Below the pieces are notes generated by a model that saw nothing but the letters and a program-made list of their open reading frames with translations, had not been told where the DNA came from and did not search any database. Positions 35,204-47,946 of a stretch of 64,000 nucleotides of DNA are shown piece after piece (the first letter of the stretch is position 1; each line of letters starts with the position of its first letter). A program made the position numbers and the translations under genes. Source of the DNA: Scyliorhinus canicula (Eukaryota); the NCBI RefSeq assembly GCF_902713615.1, contig NC_052161.1:42545908-42609907 (forward strand), read 5' to 3'.

Positions 35204-37680
35204 CGGGCCCGGATTTTCCGCCCCCTTTTTCGGAGAATCGAGGGGACGCTGGCTGGAATTCCCAGTTCGATTGTTCCTGCCCCTGCCAATGATGTAATGG
35301 TGTTCCCACCATGAATGTTCAGAAACCTCATTGCCATACGTTTAAATGTTATTAACGAGCTTCGCCGCTGTATCATCCCTGCCAGGGGTCCAGAGCAAAT
35401 TACAGCCCTCAGGGGAGAGGGTCATGCCCAGGCAGTACCCTGACAGTGCCCAGACACTGCCCACTTGCACTCCCAGGTTGCAGTGCGGGGGGGGTGCTTC
35501 AATTGGGGAAGTACATGCTGAGGGGCGTGGGGGTTGAGGGAGAGATCCTGGGCAGGGTTCTCTGTTTCTGAAACAGTGTTGAAAAAGTGTTGAAACCGGA
35601 CTGAATTGGTGGACTTCTACGACAGCATAATTGGTGTCGCTCCCGGACCAATTCATCAATCGTTAATGGCCGAGCAATGGCACCAAGTGGAACACCATCG
35701 ATTCCAGTGAAAAATGATGTTGGATTCACCAGGGTCCGGATTGACACTAGAGAGACTGACAAGCTCCAGCTGCATATAAGCACTCTACTCCCCACACACA
35801 CTCATCCCAACCAACTGGTAACACGAAGAGGCACCGCCGTTCACTGACGCTGAACTCGCGACCCTGCTGGATGCCGTGGAGGAGAGGCGGGCTACTCTGT
35901 ACCTGGAGGGGGATGGAGGTTGCCACCTGCCACCATTCACTGGGCCTGGGCATAGGTGGCAGAGGTTGTGAGCGCCGTGGGTAACACTACCAGGACCAGT
36001 CAGCATTGCAGGAAAAAACTGCACGACCTCCTCAACGCGACCAGACTGAGTAGGCAGCATTGTGCCCCTGGCACCAAACCCTGTTCCACACACCCATAAT
36101 CCCACCCCTGCCCCTCCCCACCTGGAGGGCAGCCGGATCCCTACCCTGCACCACTTGCCAGCACCCATACTGACCTCCATGGCTGGGTGCCCTGGCCACG
36201 AAGGCCACCAGTTACCCACCGCCTGTTTTGCATGCATCCGGCTGCCTAGCACTGTGTGTTTTCTATCTTCGCCCCACAGGGGAAGGAGGCCCACAAATGC
36301 CGGAGAGGGAAAAGACTGGCGAGGGACTGATAGACCTGCGGCGCTTCACCGCAGCAGAGTAGTGGTGGGCCCGGAGAGAGGGCAGTCACCGAGGCAGAGA
36401 TCGACATTGGACGAGAAAGTGAGAACCCGCTAAATTCCAGACCTCATGGCACATCGCGCCACCCCACCACCACCCCCTCAACAGAACCACCACCACACAC
36501 ACCTCCAACACCACGACCACCACTCTCACCACCCCAAACACCCCCTCCACCACCACCCTCCACCCCAATCTACTTTCCAATCACACGTCATGTCTTGTGA
36601 CTTGCAGGATCTCCTGGCGGGGAAGTGTCCCCCCGCCACCGACCCCAACCACAGCCTTAACCCAAGTGGATAACAGCGAGGTTGGCAACATGGCCAGCGA
36701 CGGGGGGCCTCGACCTGCAACCCGAGACGTCCCGGCGCATCAATCTGGGGACAGCACTGACTTACCGACACACCAGTCTCCAACACCCTCCACCATCCCA
36801 GACACACACTTCGGTTGGTCATGTTCGTGAAGTGGCTCCTGGGACACTATCGTGTGTGCAGCACACACGTGCTGCAGTACAGCAGGAAATGGGACTAAGT
36901 GCGGCCTCGACGGAGCATTCCTCGCCAACGCCCTGAAATGAAGCAGAGTCCCGCTTAATATCGGGGTTGGTCTTGGCGCTGCCACCAATGGGTGGTACCC
37001 GTGGCAGCAGGGACAGAGGCCAAGACAAGAGGCCCACAAAGGGGGGTGGGGGGTGCTCTCCCACGTGATTGGGCTCCAGACATGGTGGTACTCTGGCACC
37101 CCAGATGCAACCAAGGCACCCTGGCAGTGCCACCTGGGTGCTATCCTGGCACTGCCAGGATTTACTGGCAGTGTTGCTGCTATGATGCCAGGCTGGCACT
37201 GCTCTGGTGGAATTTAGCCATGCTGGGCCCCTCTCCTACACCCACCTGTAGGGGCTACTGTGGCCGCTGCCCATTGGTGGCAGTGCCGAGATCGACCTCA
37301 ATATTAAGCAGGACTCTGCTCATGCTCCGCCAAGGCCGCACTTAGTTCCATTTCCTGCACCAATGAGCTCTGCTCACCAGTGCAGGAAGAGATCAGGGCA
37401 CCATTTTTAAATGGCACCCCAATCTCTAGATCCCCCACCACAGCCTCTGAACACCCCAATGCCCTATTCACCTATAAGAGGGTCATTGAGTCCCCACACC
37501 CACCTCATAAGGGCAAGGCAACTCTGGTTCCAGTCCCCAGCTTGGCTAAATTCCACCTGGGCAGTGCCAGCCTGGCACCATGGCAGCAACTCTGCCTGTG
37601 TATATTGGAAATACCACGGTGCCTTGGTGATATTTGTGGTGCCAGAGTACCATCATGTCTAGAGCCCAATCACCTGGGTT
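35204..37680. mobile_element. Composite of degraded Harbinger elements, including the left end of a formerly autonomous copy (from 35550)
   Basis: TIR-like starts at 35204 (GGGCCCGGATTTTCC) and 35550 (GGGCAGGGTTCTCT); Myb gene remnant; family-B-like GGCAC/GTGCC-rich sequence at 36960-37680. Confidence 0.6.
35831..36419 (+). pseudogene. Harbinger Myb/SANT-like DNA-binding protein gene remnant (spliced)
   Basis: Exon 1 35831-36045: APPFTDAELATLLDAVEERRATLY(fs)..AWA*VAEVVSAVGNTTRTSQHCRKKLHDLL; degenerate donor CTGAGT; acceptor CCCCACAG at 36279; exon 2 KEAH..(fs)REKTG; donor GTGAGA at 36419. Missed by the ORF track. Confidence 0.8.
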
Positions 37681-38444
37681 ATTGCTAGATGAGAATGATA
37701 TGGTTAATATTTGGATAACCAAACAGAATTTTCCCCTGTAATTCATACAACAGAAAATGCTTGAGAATATCTGAAAACCTTTAATATTTGGATTGAATGA
37801 ATGTGAGTTTTTAAAGTCACAATAGAAAAGTTATGGAAAGGAGAACGAACAGTGAAATAAACTCCTCAGATTCAGTAGCAGAAAAATAGTTGTCAAAAGT
37901 GAGAGGCAAAACATGCATGATAAAAGAAAAAAAAGGCTGCAGATAAGATTTATATATATGAATTGAGTTGATTTAATGGGACATGAAGATGACAGGAACA
38001 ATCGAGCAAATGCTGCAGGTAATAGCAGAAAAATTATGGGGTAAAATTGCTCTAGTGAGTATGCTAAATGAGGGTTAAAATGTTCTCTTTTTGCATTCAA
38101 AGCAAATAACAATTTTTCTCTGCATTTTGCAAGACGTGACCCATTACAACTATCCCTTGACTAAAAACAAAGCTGCAAAATACATTGCTGAGCCACTTGT
38201 TAAGTTGCATAAGTTGCTAACCATGCACTTAATGAGCTGAAATCTGCAAAAGGTTGCTTATGTTGCGAGTGCTCTGTGTTGTCATTGGTTTAGGGAAAAA
38301 TAAAGGGACTATCATTGATCTTCAAATCAGTTTGTGGAAACGTTGCTTGTTGCTTTATTATTCAGTCCGAGGGGCAAGAGGTGCAGGAGAAGACAAATGG
38401 CAAAATACTGACTTGCCTCATCATTTCTGGTTAATATTAAACAT

Positions 38445-38632
38445 GGGCGGGATCCTCCATTCTGCCGCACCCGTTTTCTGGTGTGGTGCGCCCCCGCCAG
38501 CAGTGGGATCCTCCATCCCAGCAGCCAGCCAATGGGGTTCCCCATTGTGTGCACCCCCATGCTGTTGGGAAATCCATTGGTGTGAGCACTCTGCCGGCGA
38601 AGCGGGGGATCCTGCCAAAGGAGAATCCAGCC
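38445..38632 (+). mobile_element. Short Harbinger MITE family F
   Basis: TIR GGGCGGGATCCTCC/GGAGAATCCAGCC. Confidence 0.75.
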
Positions 38633-38962
38633 TGTTCCATATATTTAACTGTGTTCGAAGGTTGGGTAACATTAAGAGTCCTCTCATCTAATGCTTCTGT
38701 TGGTCCTCACAATTGGCTTCCAAACAAAATTCTTTGGCCTCACTTTAGGCCCCTGATATTCAGAGGAAATGTGATAGTAGAAAATGCAAACTCACAAAGG
38801 CAAACCAACAGCTAACTTCCTATTTGAGACCCACCTGCTACAGAAAGACTTTCCTCTGTTCAATGAGTAACCCCTGATGACTGTGATCATGGTGCAATAG
38901 CGGGAAGGTGCCTGTACTCATATGTAATTGGAGCTCTTCATTAGCAACTAACAGGCCAGGAT

Positions 38963-39938
38963 AAAAGCAAATTACAGCGGTTGCTGGAATCTGAAACAAA
39001 ACGTAAAATGCTGGACAGTTTCAGCACGTGTGGCAGCATCTGTGGAGAGAGAATGGAGCTAATGTTTCAAGTTGGATGACGTTCTGTCAAAGTTGGAGAG
39101 ACTAGAAATAGGGGGCGGGATTCTCCCCTACCCTGCGTGACGGGGGGTCCCGGCATAGGGGAGTGGCGCCAACAACTCCGGGTCGGGCCACCCCAAAGAT
39201 GGGGAATTCTCCGCACCTTTGGGGGCTAGACCCGCACCGGAGCGATTGGCACCAGAAGACTGGCGCAAAAAACCGGCGCCAGCGGCCTTTCAGGCCCACC
39301 GCCCGGCAGCGGGGCTGGCCGAAAGGCTTTCGCCGGTTGGCGCATGCGCCGGCGGTGACGTCACCGGCCGGCTGCCGCTGACGTCACCACCGGCGCATGC
39401 GCGATGTGGGTTTCTCTTCCGCTTCTGCCATGGCGGAGGCCGTGGCGGCGGCGGAGGAGAAAGAGTGCACCCAGGGCACTGGCCCGGAGTCTGAGCGGGG
39501 GGCCCCGATTGCGGGCCTGGCCACCGTGGGGGCACCCCCCGGGGTCCGATCGCCCCGCGACCCCCCCCCCAGGACCCCGGGGGCCCGGTCACGGAGCCGA
39601 TCCCGCCGCCACCAGAGGTGGTTCAAACTTCGGTGGCGGGAGAGGCCTCCCAGCGGAGGGACTTCGGCCCATCCGGGCCGGAGAATCGCCGCAGGGGCCT
39701 CGCCGATCGGAGTGGCATGATTCCCGCCACGGCGGGGGCGGGATCTTTGGCGGCCCCGGGCGATTCTCCGACCCTGCTGGAGGTCGGAGAATTTCACCCC
39801 AGGATTTATAAATCTCATCCCATTTCCGGTTCTCTCTAGCTTTGATAAAGAGTCATCCATGTTGGATACATTAGCTCCCTACTCTCCCCACAGATGCTGT
39901 CAGACCTGCTGAGATTGTCCAATATTTTCTGTTTTTGT
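38963..39938. mobile_element. Inverted-repeat (Penelope pLTR-like) hairpin element split by a MITE
   Basis: 38995-39110 is the diverged reverse complement of 39821-39938; degenerate hammerhead-like TTTGA(C/T)A..GTCATCC..GA(A/T)ACATTAGC in both arms. Confidence 0.7.
39113..39800. mobile_element. Harbinger MITE family A
   Basis: Colinear with 4268-5026; GGGCGGGATTCTCC start, GGAGAATTTCACCC end. Confidence 0.85.
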
Positions 39939-40877
39939 AACTAACTGGCCAATGTTTGTCCTCATAGTAACAGTCCCAAACATTTTTCCTCATCCTTCCG
40001 CCCTACAATAATGTACTTTCTACCAAAGAATAAATCAGATGTACTTGACAACTGATATGAGACAGAAATACCCTGTAAATAAATGGACAATTGCAAATTA
40101 TGTATTAATTTGACGACTGACACTGAAGCCATAAAACAAAATTCTCACCCTGATCTCAGCTGAAATTGTCGCATTGTAAAATGATTTATCGTGCCCCACT
40201 ACTTCTTTAAGATGCTTCTCCTGTGACCTCAGTATAAGGGTTAGAAGGCGACTTGAGTGCCCATGATGTGCGTGCGGTTAGCATTCTCTCTGAGTTCCCC
40301 ATGAAGGGCTAGGGTTAAAGTGCAGTTCCTTGGCTGCTGTTGGGACAGTGCGGCCTAGTTAACTTTCCAGCACGAATACAGGCCATTGCTGAGGGATTGA
40401 TGAGGTAGCATGCAGTCAGCCTGAGAGAGAGCAACACACATGACTCCTATTGCAGCGCAGCTACTAACATGGAGCTGTGGCTCAGCACTACCACTGATTT
40501 GTGGCTGTCCTAAAATTGTCTCAGGCTGCAGAAGAACCGTGACCTATACATGCACTCTGTGGCCTGTTGAAGAGATAGGAGGTGGTTGATCCCAGAGTCA
40601 ACATGGCACCAGTGTGAACATGCATTACCGATGGTACTCGGGCCCAGAGACTGCTGCACGAAAAGCCTGACAACTCAGTTAATTGAGGTGATCATTTATC
40701 GCATGATTGACTACAATATGGTTGACGTGCATTAGAAGCCCACACAGGTTGGTGGCAGTCTCCTCCGTACTCTCTAAAGTTTAATAGCAGGGAGAAGAAT
40801 GCACAGAAAGCATTTTTACTTGATAGCTTGGGTCCCTATAGTGTGTTTTAAAAACTTAATTTAAGGGACGTTGGTGT

Positions 40878-42475
40878 CGTTTATTTATCATCCCTAGTTG
40901 CCCTTCAGAAGGTGGTGGGGAGTTGCCTTCTTGAAGCTGCAATGCTTGATGTGCAGGTACACCCACTGTGCTGTTAAGGAGGGATTTTGATCCAGCGACA
41001 GCAAGGAACGATGATATATTTCCAAGCCGGGGCAGTGAATGACTTGCAGAGGAACCCAGTTCCCAGTTATCTGTTCCCCTTGTCCATCTAAATGGTAGTG
41101 GTAGTGAGTTTGAAAGGTTGGGTTAGGGTTAGGCTACCTAAGGAGCCTTGGTGAGTTCTTGCAGTCATCATATAGATGGAACACACGGCTGCCACTGTCC
41201 ATTGGTGGTGGAGAGATTGAATATTTGTGGAAGGGGTAGCAATCAAGCGGGCTGCTTTGTCCTGGATTGATCTTGAGTGCTGTTGGAGCTACACCCATCC
41301 AGGCAAGTGGGGAGTATTCCATTACACTCCTGACTTGTGCCTTGTAGATGGTGAACAGGCTTTAGGGGGTCAGGAGGTGAGTTACTTGGTGCAGAATTCC
41401 TAGCCTTTAATGTGCTCTGGAGCCATAGTATTAATATGGCTAGTCCAGTTCAGTTTCTGATCAATGGTAGGATGTTGATTGTAGGGAATTCAGTAATAGA
41501 AATGCCATTGAATGTGTTTTGGGACTTATGAGAGGAAACCGGAGCACCCGGAGAAAACCCACGCAGCCAATGGGAGAGCGGCAGACCCGCACAGACAGTG
41601 ACCGAAGCCAGGAATCGAACCGGGGTCCCTGGCACTGTGAAGCGACAGTGTCAACCACTGTGCTGGGCCTAGGGCCTAGAACACTACCCAGGAGTTCCTC
41701 ATGCAGTTATGTCCTGGAGTTGAGATGATTGACCTCCAACCACCATAACCATCTACTTTTACGCTAGTTATGACTCCAACCAGTGGAGAGTTGCATCCCT
41801 GATTCCCATTGACCAGTTTTGCTCGAGCTCCTTGATGCCATATTCGGTCAAATACTGCCTTGGTGTCAAGGGTAGTCATATTCACCTCCCCTCGGGCATT
41901 CAGCTCTTTTGTACATGTTTGAACCAAGGCTGCAATGAGGTGAGCAGCTGAGTGACCTTTACGAAACCAAACTGAGCATCTGTGAGTAGGTTATTGCTGA
42001 GTAAGTGCCGCTTGACAACACTGTTGATGACACCTTCCGTCACTTTGATGCTGTGGACTTTTGGAGGAGACCGAGGGATGGATCATGCCCTCGGCACTTC
42101 TGGCTGAAGATTGCTGCGAATGCCTCAGCCTTGTCCTTTGCACAAATGTGCTTTGCTCCTCCATCATTGAGGATTGGGATATTGGTGGATCCTCCTCTTC
42201 CAGTCAGTTGTTTAGTCATCCACTACCATTCACTGCTTGATATGGCAGGACTGCAGAGCTTAGATCTAATGTGTTTGTTGTGGAATCACTTAGCTCTATC
42301 TATTATTTGCTGCTTATGCTGTTTGGCACACAAATAGCCCTGCATTGTTGCTTCATCAGGTTGACACCTCATTTTTCAGTATGCCTGCTGATCCTCCTGG
42401 AATGTCCTCCTGCATGCTTCATTGAACCAAAGTTGATCCCCTGGCTTGGTAGTAATGGTAGAGTGGGGATATGAG
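40878..42475 (-). mobile_element. CR1/L2-group LINE remnant
   Basis: ORFs MEYSPLAWMGVAPTALK (41134-41322) and LDTKAVFDRIWHQG (41676-41927); same tail family as 16403-16957. Confidence 0.75.
41520..41665 (-). mobile_element. V-SINE fragment inserted in LINE
   Basis: Reverse complement of the tRNA head and V-domain. Confidence 0.8.
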
Positions 42476-42952
42476 GTTGCAAATTGTGGCTGAGTGCAAT
42501 TCTGCTGCTGCTAATAGAGAGAAGCAAACATTTGAGAGTAGTTATAATGGGGGATTTTAATTACCCGAATGTCGACTGGGACAGTGGTAGTGTAAAGGGT
42601 GGAAAGGAGCAAACGTTCTTCGATTGTGTTCAGGAATGTTTGTCCAACCGTATGTATCCAGTCCAACAAGAAACAATGCACTGTTGGACCTGGTCTTGGA
42701 AATGAGGTGGGCCAAGTAGATCAAGTGTCAGTGGCGGAACATTGAGGAGACAGTGATCATTGTATTGTAAGGTTTTGGATGATGATAAAAAAGGAAAATA
42801 TGCAATCCCGAATAAAAATAATTAACTGGAGTACTGCTGGCTTCAATGGGGCAAGAATGGAGCTGGGTTAGTTAGCTTGGAATGAAAGGTTGGCAAGAAA
42901 AACAGTTGTTGAACACTGGGCTACCTTCAGAACAGAAATGGTCCAAACAGTG

Positions 42953-43181
42953 AAATAAAAAGTTACCATAGTACCAGATGACCATAGGCTGCTAATCCCT
43001 TTGAGGGGGAGGACTGATTGGTAGTGATTTAAAAGGAGGATCACCACACCTTAGGCAAGGGGAACTTTTGAGAAGAAGGGGTCTGAATGACTAACCTCAG
43101 TCAGTAGGGGAATTGAACCCACGCTGCTGGCTTCGCTCTGCATCATGAACCAGCTGTCCACCCGGCTGAGCTAAACCATCA
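42953..43181 (-). mobile_element. tRNA-derived SINE (second family)
   Basis: Minus strand TGGTTTAGCTCAG..GGGTTCAATTCCC (A/B boxes); interrupts the CR1. Confidence 0.7.
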
Positions 43182-43401
43182 GGGTGGATTGGCCGAAAAG
43201 GTAAATGTAAGGCAAACAAATACAGAGCTCCCTGGATGAAAAAGCCGATGGAAATTAATACCAGGAAGAAACAGTGTGCTTATGATTGGTAGAAAATACA
43301 GTTGAGAACCAAGATGAATACGGAAGATTTGGAGGGGAGGTGAAAAAAGCACATTAGAAAAGCGAACAGAGAAGGCTGTCAGCATAAAGAGAAATCCCTA
43401 T

Positions 43402-44258
43402 GGGGTTAATTTTGCACCTACATCTTCCACAAGTGTAAACGACAACACGGGCACAAAATCCCATCGGAGTTGGGAAGCAAGATTCTCACCGGTGAGTTCA
43501 GTGTTTCACATTTTCCCACCCTCGCTGGTGATGTAACAAGGTTTTCCCCCTATAAAGAGTGGGAAGATCATTTATTTGACTATGTTTTAATGACTACCCC
43601 ATCACATTAAATATTCAAACCTTGCCGATGTGTCATCACATCAGCAAGGTTCACAACAGGTATTTAGAGACGGTATTCAGTCAAGTGGATCCCAATATAA
43701 CCTCCAGGGGGAGATGGACATACACGTGCATTACATCCTGGCACTTCCCCCTGGCACAGGTTGGCACAACTCCCTGACACATTGGCACCCTATGTCAGGG
43801 GTAGTGCCAGGGACAGGCCCTCTATGGAGTCCCTTTGGAGGGACCACCCTTAAGTGTGGTGCGGGAAAGGGGTGATGCCTGTGAAGGGCGAGGGTCTTGC
43901 TGGTGAAGGGGAGGGTGCTCGTGATTCTGCCGCACTGGTGCGGAGAGCCCCCTATATTTATGCGATTGAAGACCCTCCGATACCACCGTGGTGAGGAGTC
44001 ACCCTGATTCTTGTGTGGAGGTCTTTCATGTCCGGGGGGGCAGGCTGGGGGAAGTTTATTTCCAAAGCTGATGGGGGCTCCCAATTTCTATACAGCCGGC
44101 TTTGGCAACTCTATCAGACCCCGTCATCAGAGTGACAGCGCAAACCAGCCCCCAGGTTTTATTTGCTGAGAGCGGATGAAAATCTGGCCTGAAAACACGG
44201 CTGGACAGGTACACATCTGTTTTCAGTCAGAGCCTGACAAATTATGAGGAAATTCCAT
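43402..44258. mobile_element. Degraded Harbinger-type non-autonomous element
   Basis: GGGGTTAATTTT start, GAAATTCC end; GC-rich; CR1 sequence resumes after it. Confidence 0.45.
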
Positions 44259-44280
44259 GAAAGCTTTCTATAAACATATA

Positions 44281-44894
44281 GGCAGAATTCTCCGATTTTC
44301 AGGCTATGTCTGGAGGATCCGTGGCGTTTTACTTCAAAAACATCGGAGGCACCGCAACATCAATCCTCCGACCAGTGAGGGGTCAGCCTCCACAAAATAA
44401 ACGGTCAGAGAATTGCCAGGTCCGTAGCCACGCATGCGCATGGCGATGACCTTCAGCCGTCGTCGTACCGTACAATATGGCGTCAGCCGTGCGTGTACCT
44501 GTCCTGCCAGATAGGGCCCCCAGTCTCCCCAGCCCTCACCAAAACCTCCCCCCCCCCACCCCAGCCAGCAGCACAGCTCCCGCCCGACTGTGACGGCGCT
44601 GGACAAAGTCCGCAGCCGCCATACCGGTTTCACGACCGCTGAGACCACACATTCCCCGCGCGGTAGGAAACTCGGCCAATCGGGGGCGGAGCATCGGGGA
44701 AGGGCGTTCAGGTAACATCCTGAGGCCGTCCCAATGGCATGCAACACAGTCCTTGATGACGCCGTTTTGGAGGGGGTGGAGCATGCAAAAACATTCCCCC
44801 CCCCCCCCCCCCCCCTCCGGTCCCATCGTAAAAAGGGATTCTCCGCCCAATCGCCGATTACGAAATCAGCATCGGGGAACGGAGAATCCTGCTC
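44281..44894 (+). mobile_element. Harbinger MITE family D
   Basis: GGCAGAATTCTCC/GGAGAATCCTGCTC termini; reverse-complement homolog of 60417-61063. Confidence 0.8.
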
Positions 44895-45749
44895 AGAAAT
44901 AGTAAAAGAGATTCTACAGAAGGAGTAGGGCCAATTAGGGACCCAAAAGGGAATTTACAAATGGAGGCTTGGAGCATGCCTGAGGTATTAAATGAAGACT
45001 TTGCCTCTGTCTTTGCCAAGGAGGTAGATGCTACCCAGGATGTGGAGACAGATGAAGAAACTCTGTCCCTAGAAAAATTGACAAGGAGGAAGTGTTGGGT
45101 ACTCTGGATGCAATGTATCCAAACATATTGAAGGGATTGAGAATGGAAATGGCAGGGGCGCCAGCCATAATCTTACAGTCTTCTCCAGACTCAGGGGAGA
45201 TGACAGAGGACTGGAGAATTGCAAACATTACGCCCTTATTCAAAATCTGTTTTAAGAATAGCCCCAGCAATTATAGGCCAGTCAGATTATCATCAGTAGT
45301 GGGCATGCTTCCAGAAACACTTATTTGGGATTCAGTAGTCACATGGAAAAATGTGGGCTGATTCGGAAAAGCCAACATGGATTTCTAAAAGGGAAATCAT
45401 GTTTAACTAACTTCTGCAGTTAAAAAGTTAACAGAAAGGGCCAATAAGGGTACTGCTGTTGATGTGGTGTACGTGGACTTTCAAAAGGTATTCAATACAG
45501 TCACACAACAGATCAGTGAGAAAGTTATGGCTCATGGAATAAGTGCAGCGGTAGCAATGTGGATACAAAATTGGCTGAATAATAGGAAGCATAGAGTAAT
45601 GACCAATGAATATTTTTTGGGCTGGAGGAAGGTTTGTAGATGTGTTCCCCAGGGGTCAGTATTGGGGCCCTTGTTTTAATGATTGAGATCTTGATATACA
45701 GGTGACAATTTTAAAGTTTGCAGACAACAAATAATATGGAAGTCCATTG

Positions 45750-47840
45750 AAAAACTACAGTGCTGAAGAGGTCAATTGGCCCATCAAGTCTACACTGACC
45801 CTCTGAAAGAACACTCTACCGAGGCGTGCTCCCCCGACCCATCCCCATAACCCTGTGCATTGATTATGGCTAATCCATCTAACGTACACATATTTGGATT
45901 TTGTTCATTTGGATTTTGTTTATTGACACGTGTACCGAATGAAAAGTATTTTTCTGCGAGCAGCTCAATCGATCATTAAGTACATGAAAATAAAATAAAA
46001 TAAATACAGAATAGGGCAACACAAGGTACACAATGTAAATACAAAACACTAGCATCGGGTGAAGCAGACAGGGGTGTAGTGTTAATCAGTTCAGTCCATA
46101 AGAGGGTTGTTTAGGAGTCTGGTAACAGTGGGGAAGAAACGGTTTTTGCGTCTGTTCTTGCATGTTCTCAGACTTTTGTATCTCCTGCCCGATGGAAGAA
46201 GTTGGAAGAGTGAGTAAGCCGGGTGAGAGGGGTCTTTGATTATGCTGCCCGCTTTCCCCAGGCAGCGGGAGGTGTAGATGGAGTCCATGGATGGGAGGTG
46301 GGTTTGTGTGATGGACTGGGCTGTGTTCACGACTCTCTGACTCTGGCTGCCAGGCATGCTCAAGTCGGCGCCACCTCCGGGAGTTCCTTGCGGTCTTGGG
46401 CTGAGCAGTTGCCATACCAGGCTGTGATGCAGCCAGAGAGAATGCTTTCTATGGTGCACCTGTAAAAGTTGGTAAGACTTAATGTGGACATGCCAAATTT
46501 CCTTAGTTTCCTGAGGAAGTATAGGCGCTGTTGTGCTTTCTTGGTGGTAGCGTCAACGTGGGTGGACCAGGACAGATTTTTGGAGATGTGCACCCCTAGG
46601 AATTTGAACTTGCTGACCATCTCCACCTTGGCCCTGTTGATGCTGCCAGGGGTGTGTACAGTGCTTTGCTTTCTGAAGTCAATGACCAGCTCTTTAGTTT
46701 TGTTGGCATTGAGGGATAGATTGTTGTTCCTGCATCACGCCACTAGGTTCTCTGTCTCCCTCCTGTATTCTGACTCGTCGTTATTCAAGATCCAGCCCAC
46801 TATGGTCGTATCGTCAGGAAACTTGTAGATGGAGTTGGAATCAAATTTTGCCATACAGTCGTATGTGTACAGGGAGTATAGTAGGGGGCTAAGTACGCAG
46901 CCTTGCGGGGCCCCGGTATTGAGGACTATTGTGGAGGAGGTGTTGTTGTTTATTCTTACTGATTGTGGTCTGTGGGTCAGAAAGTTGAGGATCCAGTTGC
47001 AGTGAGGAGCCAAGTCCAAGGTTTTGGAGCTTTGATATGAGCGTGGCTGGGATTATGGTTTTGAAGGCGGAGCTGTAGTCAATAAATATGAGTATGATGT
47101 AGGAGTCCTTGTTGTCGAGATGCTCGCGGGATGAGTGTAGGGCCAGGGAGATGGCATCTGCTGTGGATGGGTTGCGGTGGTATGCGAATTGCAGTGCATC
47201 AAGGTGTTCTGGGAGTATGGAGGTGATGCGCTTCATGACCATCCTCTTGAAACACTTCTTTATGACTGAAGTCAGGGCCACCGGGCAGCAGTCATTGAAG
47301 CTCATTGCCTGGTTCTTCTTTGGCACCTGTATGGTGGTGGTCTTCTTGAAGCAGGTGGGGACCTTGGAGCAGAGTAGAGCCAGGTTAAAGATGTCCCTGA
47401 ACATATCTGCCAGCTGGTCCATGCAGGCTCTGAGTGCACGACCAGGGATCCCATCCGGACCCGTCGCCTTCCGAGGGTTCACTTTCAGGAAGGCCGATCT
47501 GACTTCGCAAGTTGATGGTGGGTATGGGTGTGTTATAGGCTGCTGGGGCACTCAACAGCGGATCATTGGTTTCCTGTTCAAACTGAGCTTAGAATGCATT
47601 GAGTTCATCAGGGAGGGGTGCGCTGCTGCTGGAGGTACTGCTCGGCTTTGCTTTGTAGCCCATTATGTTGTCTAGGCCTTGCCACAACCGAGTGTCTGTA
47701 ACGCTAGTCTGTGAGAAAGCCAGAGCATGTGGAGACATGGAGAATGTGCAACTACACACGTACAGCCAGCCAAGGCCGGAATCAAACCCGGGCCCTTGGC
47801 ATTGTGAGGCAGCAGAGCTAACCACTGTGCCACCGTGCCG
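45750..47840 (-). mobile_element. HE1-like V-SINE split in two (45750-45897 tail; 47706-47840 head) by the Rex1 LINE
   Basis: Head and tail halves are colinear on the minus strand either side of the LINE. Confidence 0.7.
45893..47697 (-). mobile_element. Rex1/Babar LINE, 5'-truncated
   Basis: [86 protein letters not shown]; AATAAA + (AACAAAATCCAAAT) tail. Confidence 0.9.
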
Positions 47841-47946
47841 TAAACTATTAGGACAGTGTAAAACTTCAAAAGAACATAGACAAGTTGATGGACAGGGCAG
47901 TTGGATGGCAGATGATGTTTTGGTAGAAAAAACATGGAGAGACGAT

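Larger units (their letters stand above)
42510..47922 (+). mobile_element. Old CR1 ORF2 remnant carrying multiple nested insertions
   Basis: Pieces in order: GDFNYPNVDW (42550), LDLVL, SDH, DAMYPNILK..WRIANITPLFK..NYRPV (45092-45361), YVDFQK..PQGSVLGP (45464-45679), KFADN (45715), continuation 47841-47922. Confidence 0.8.
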
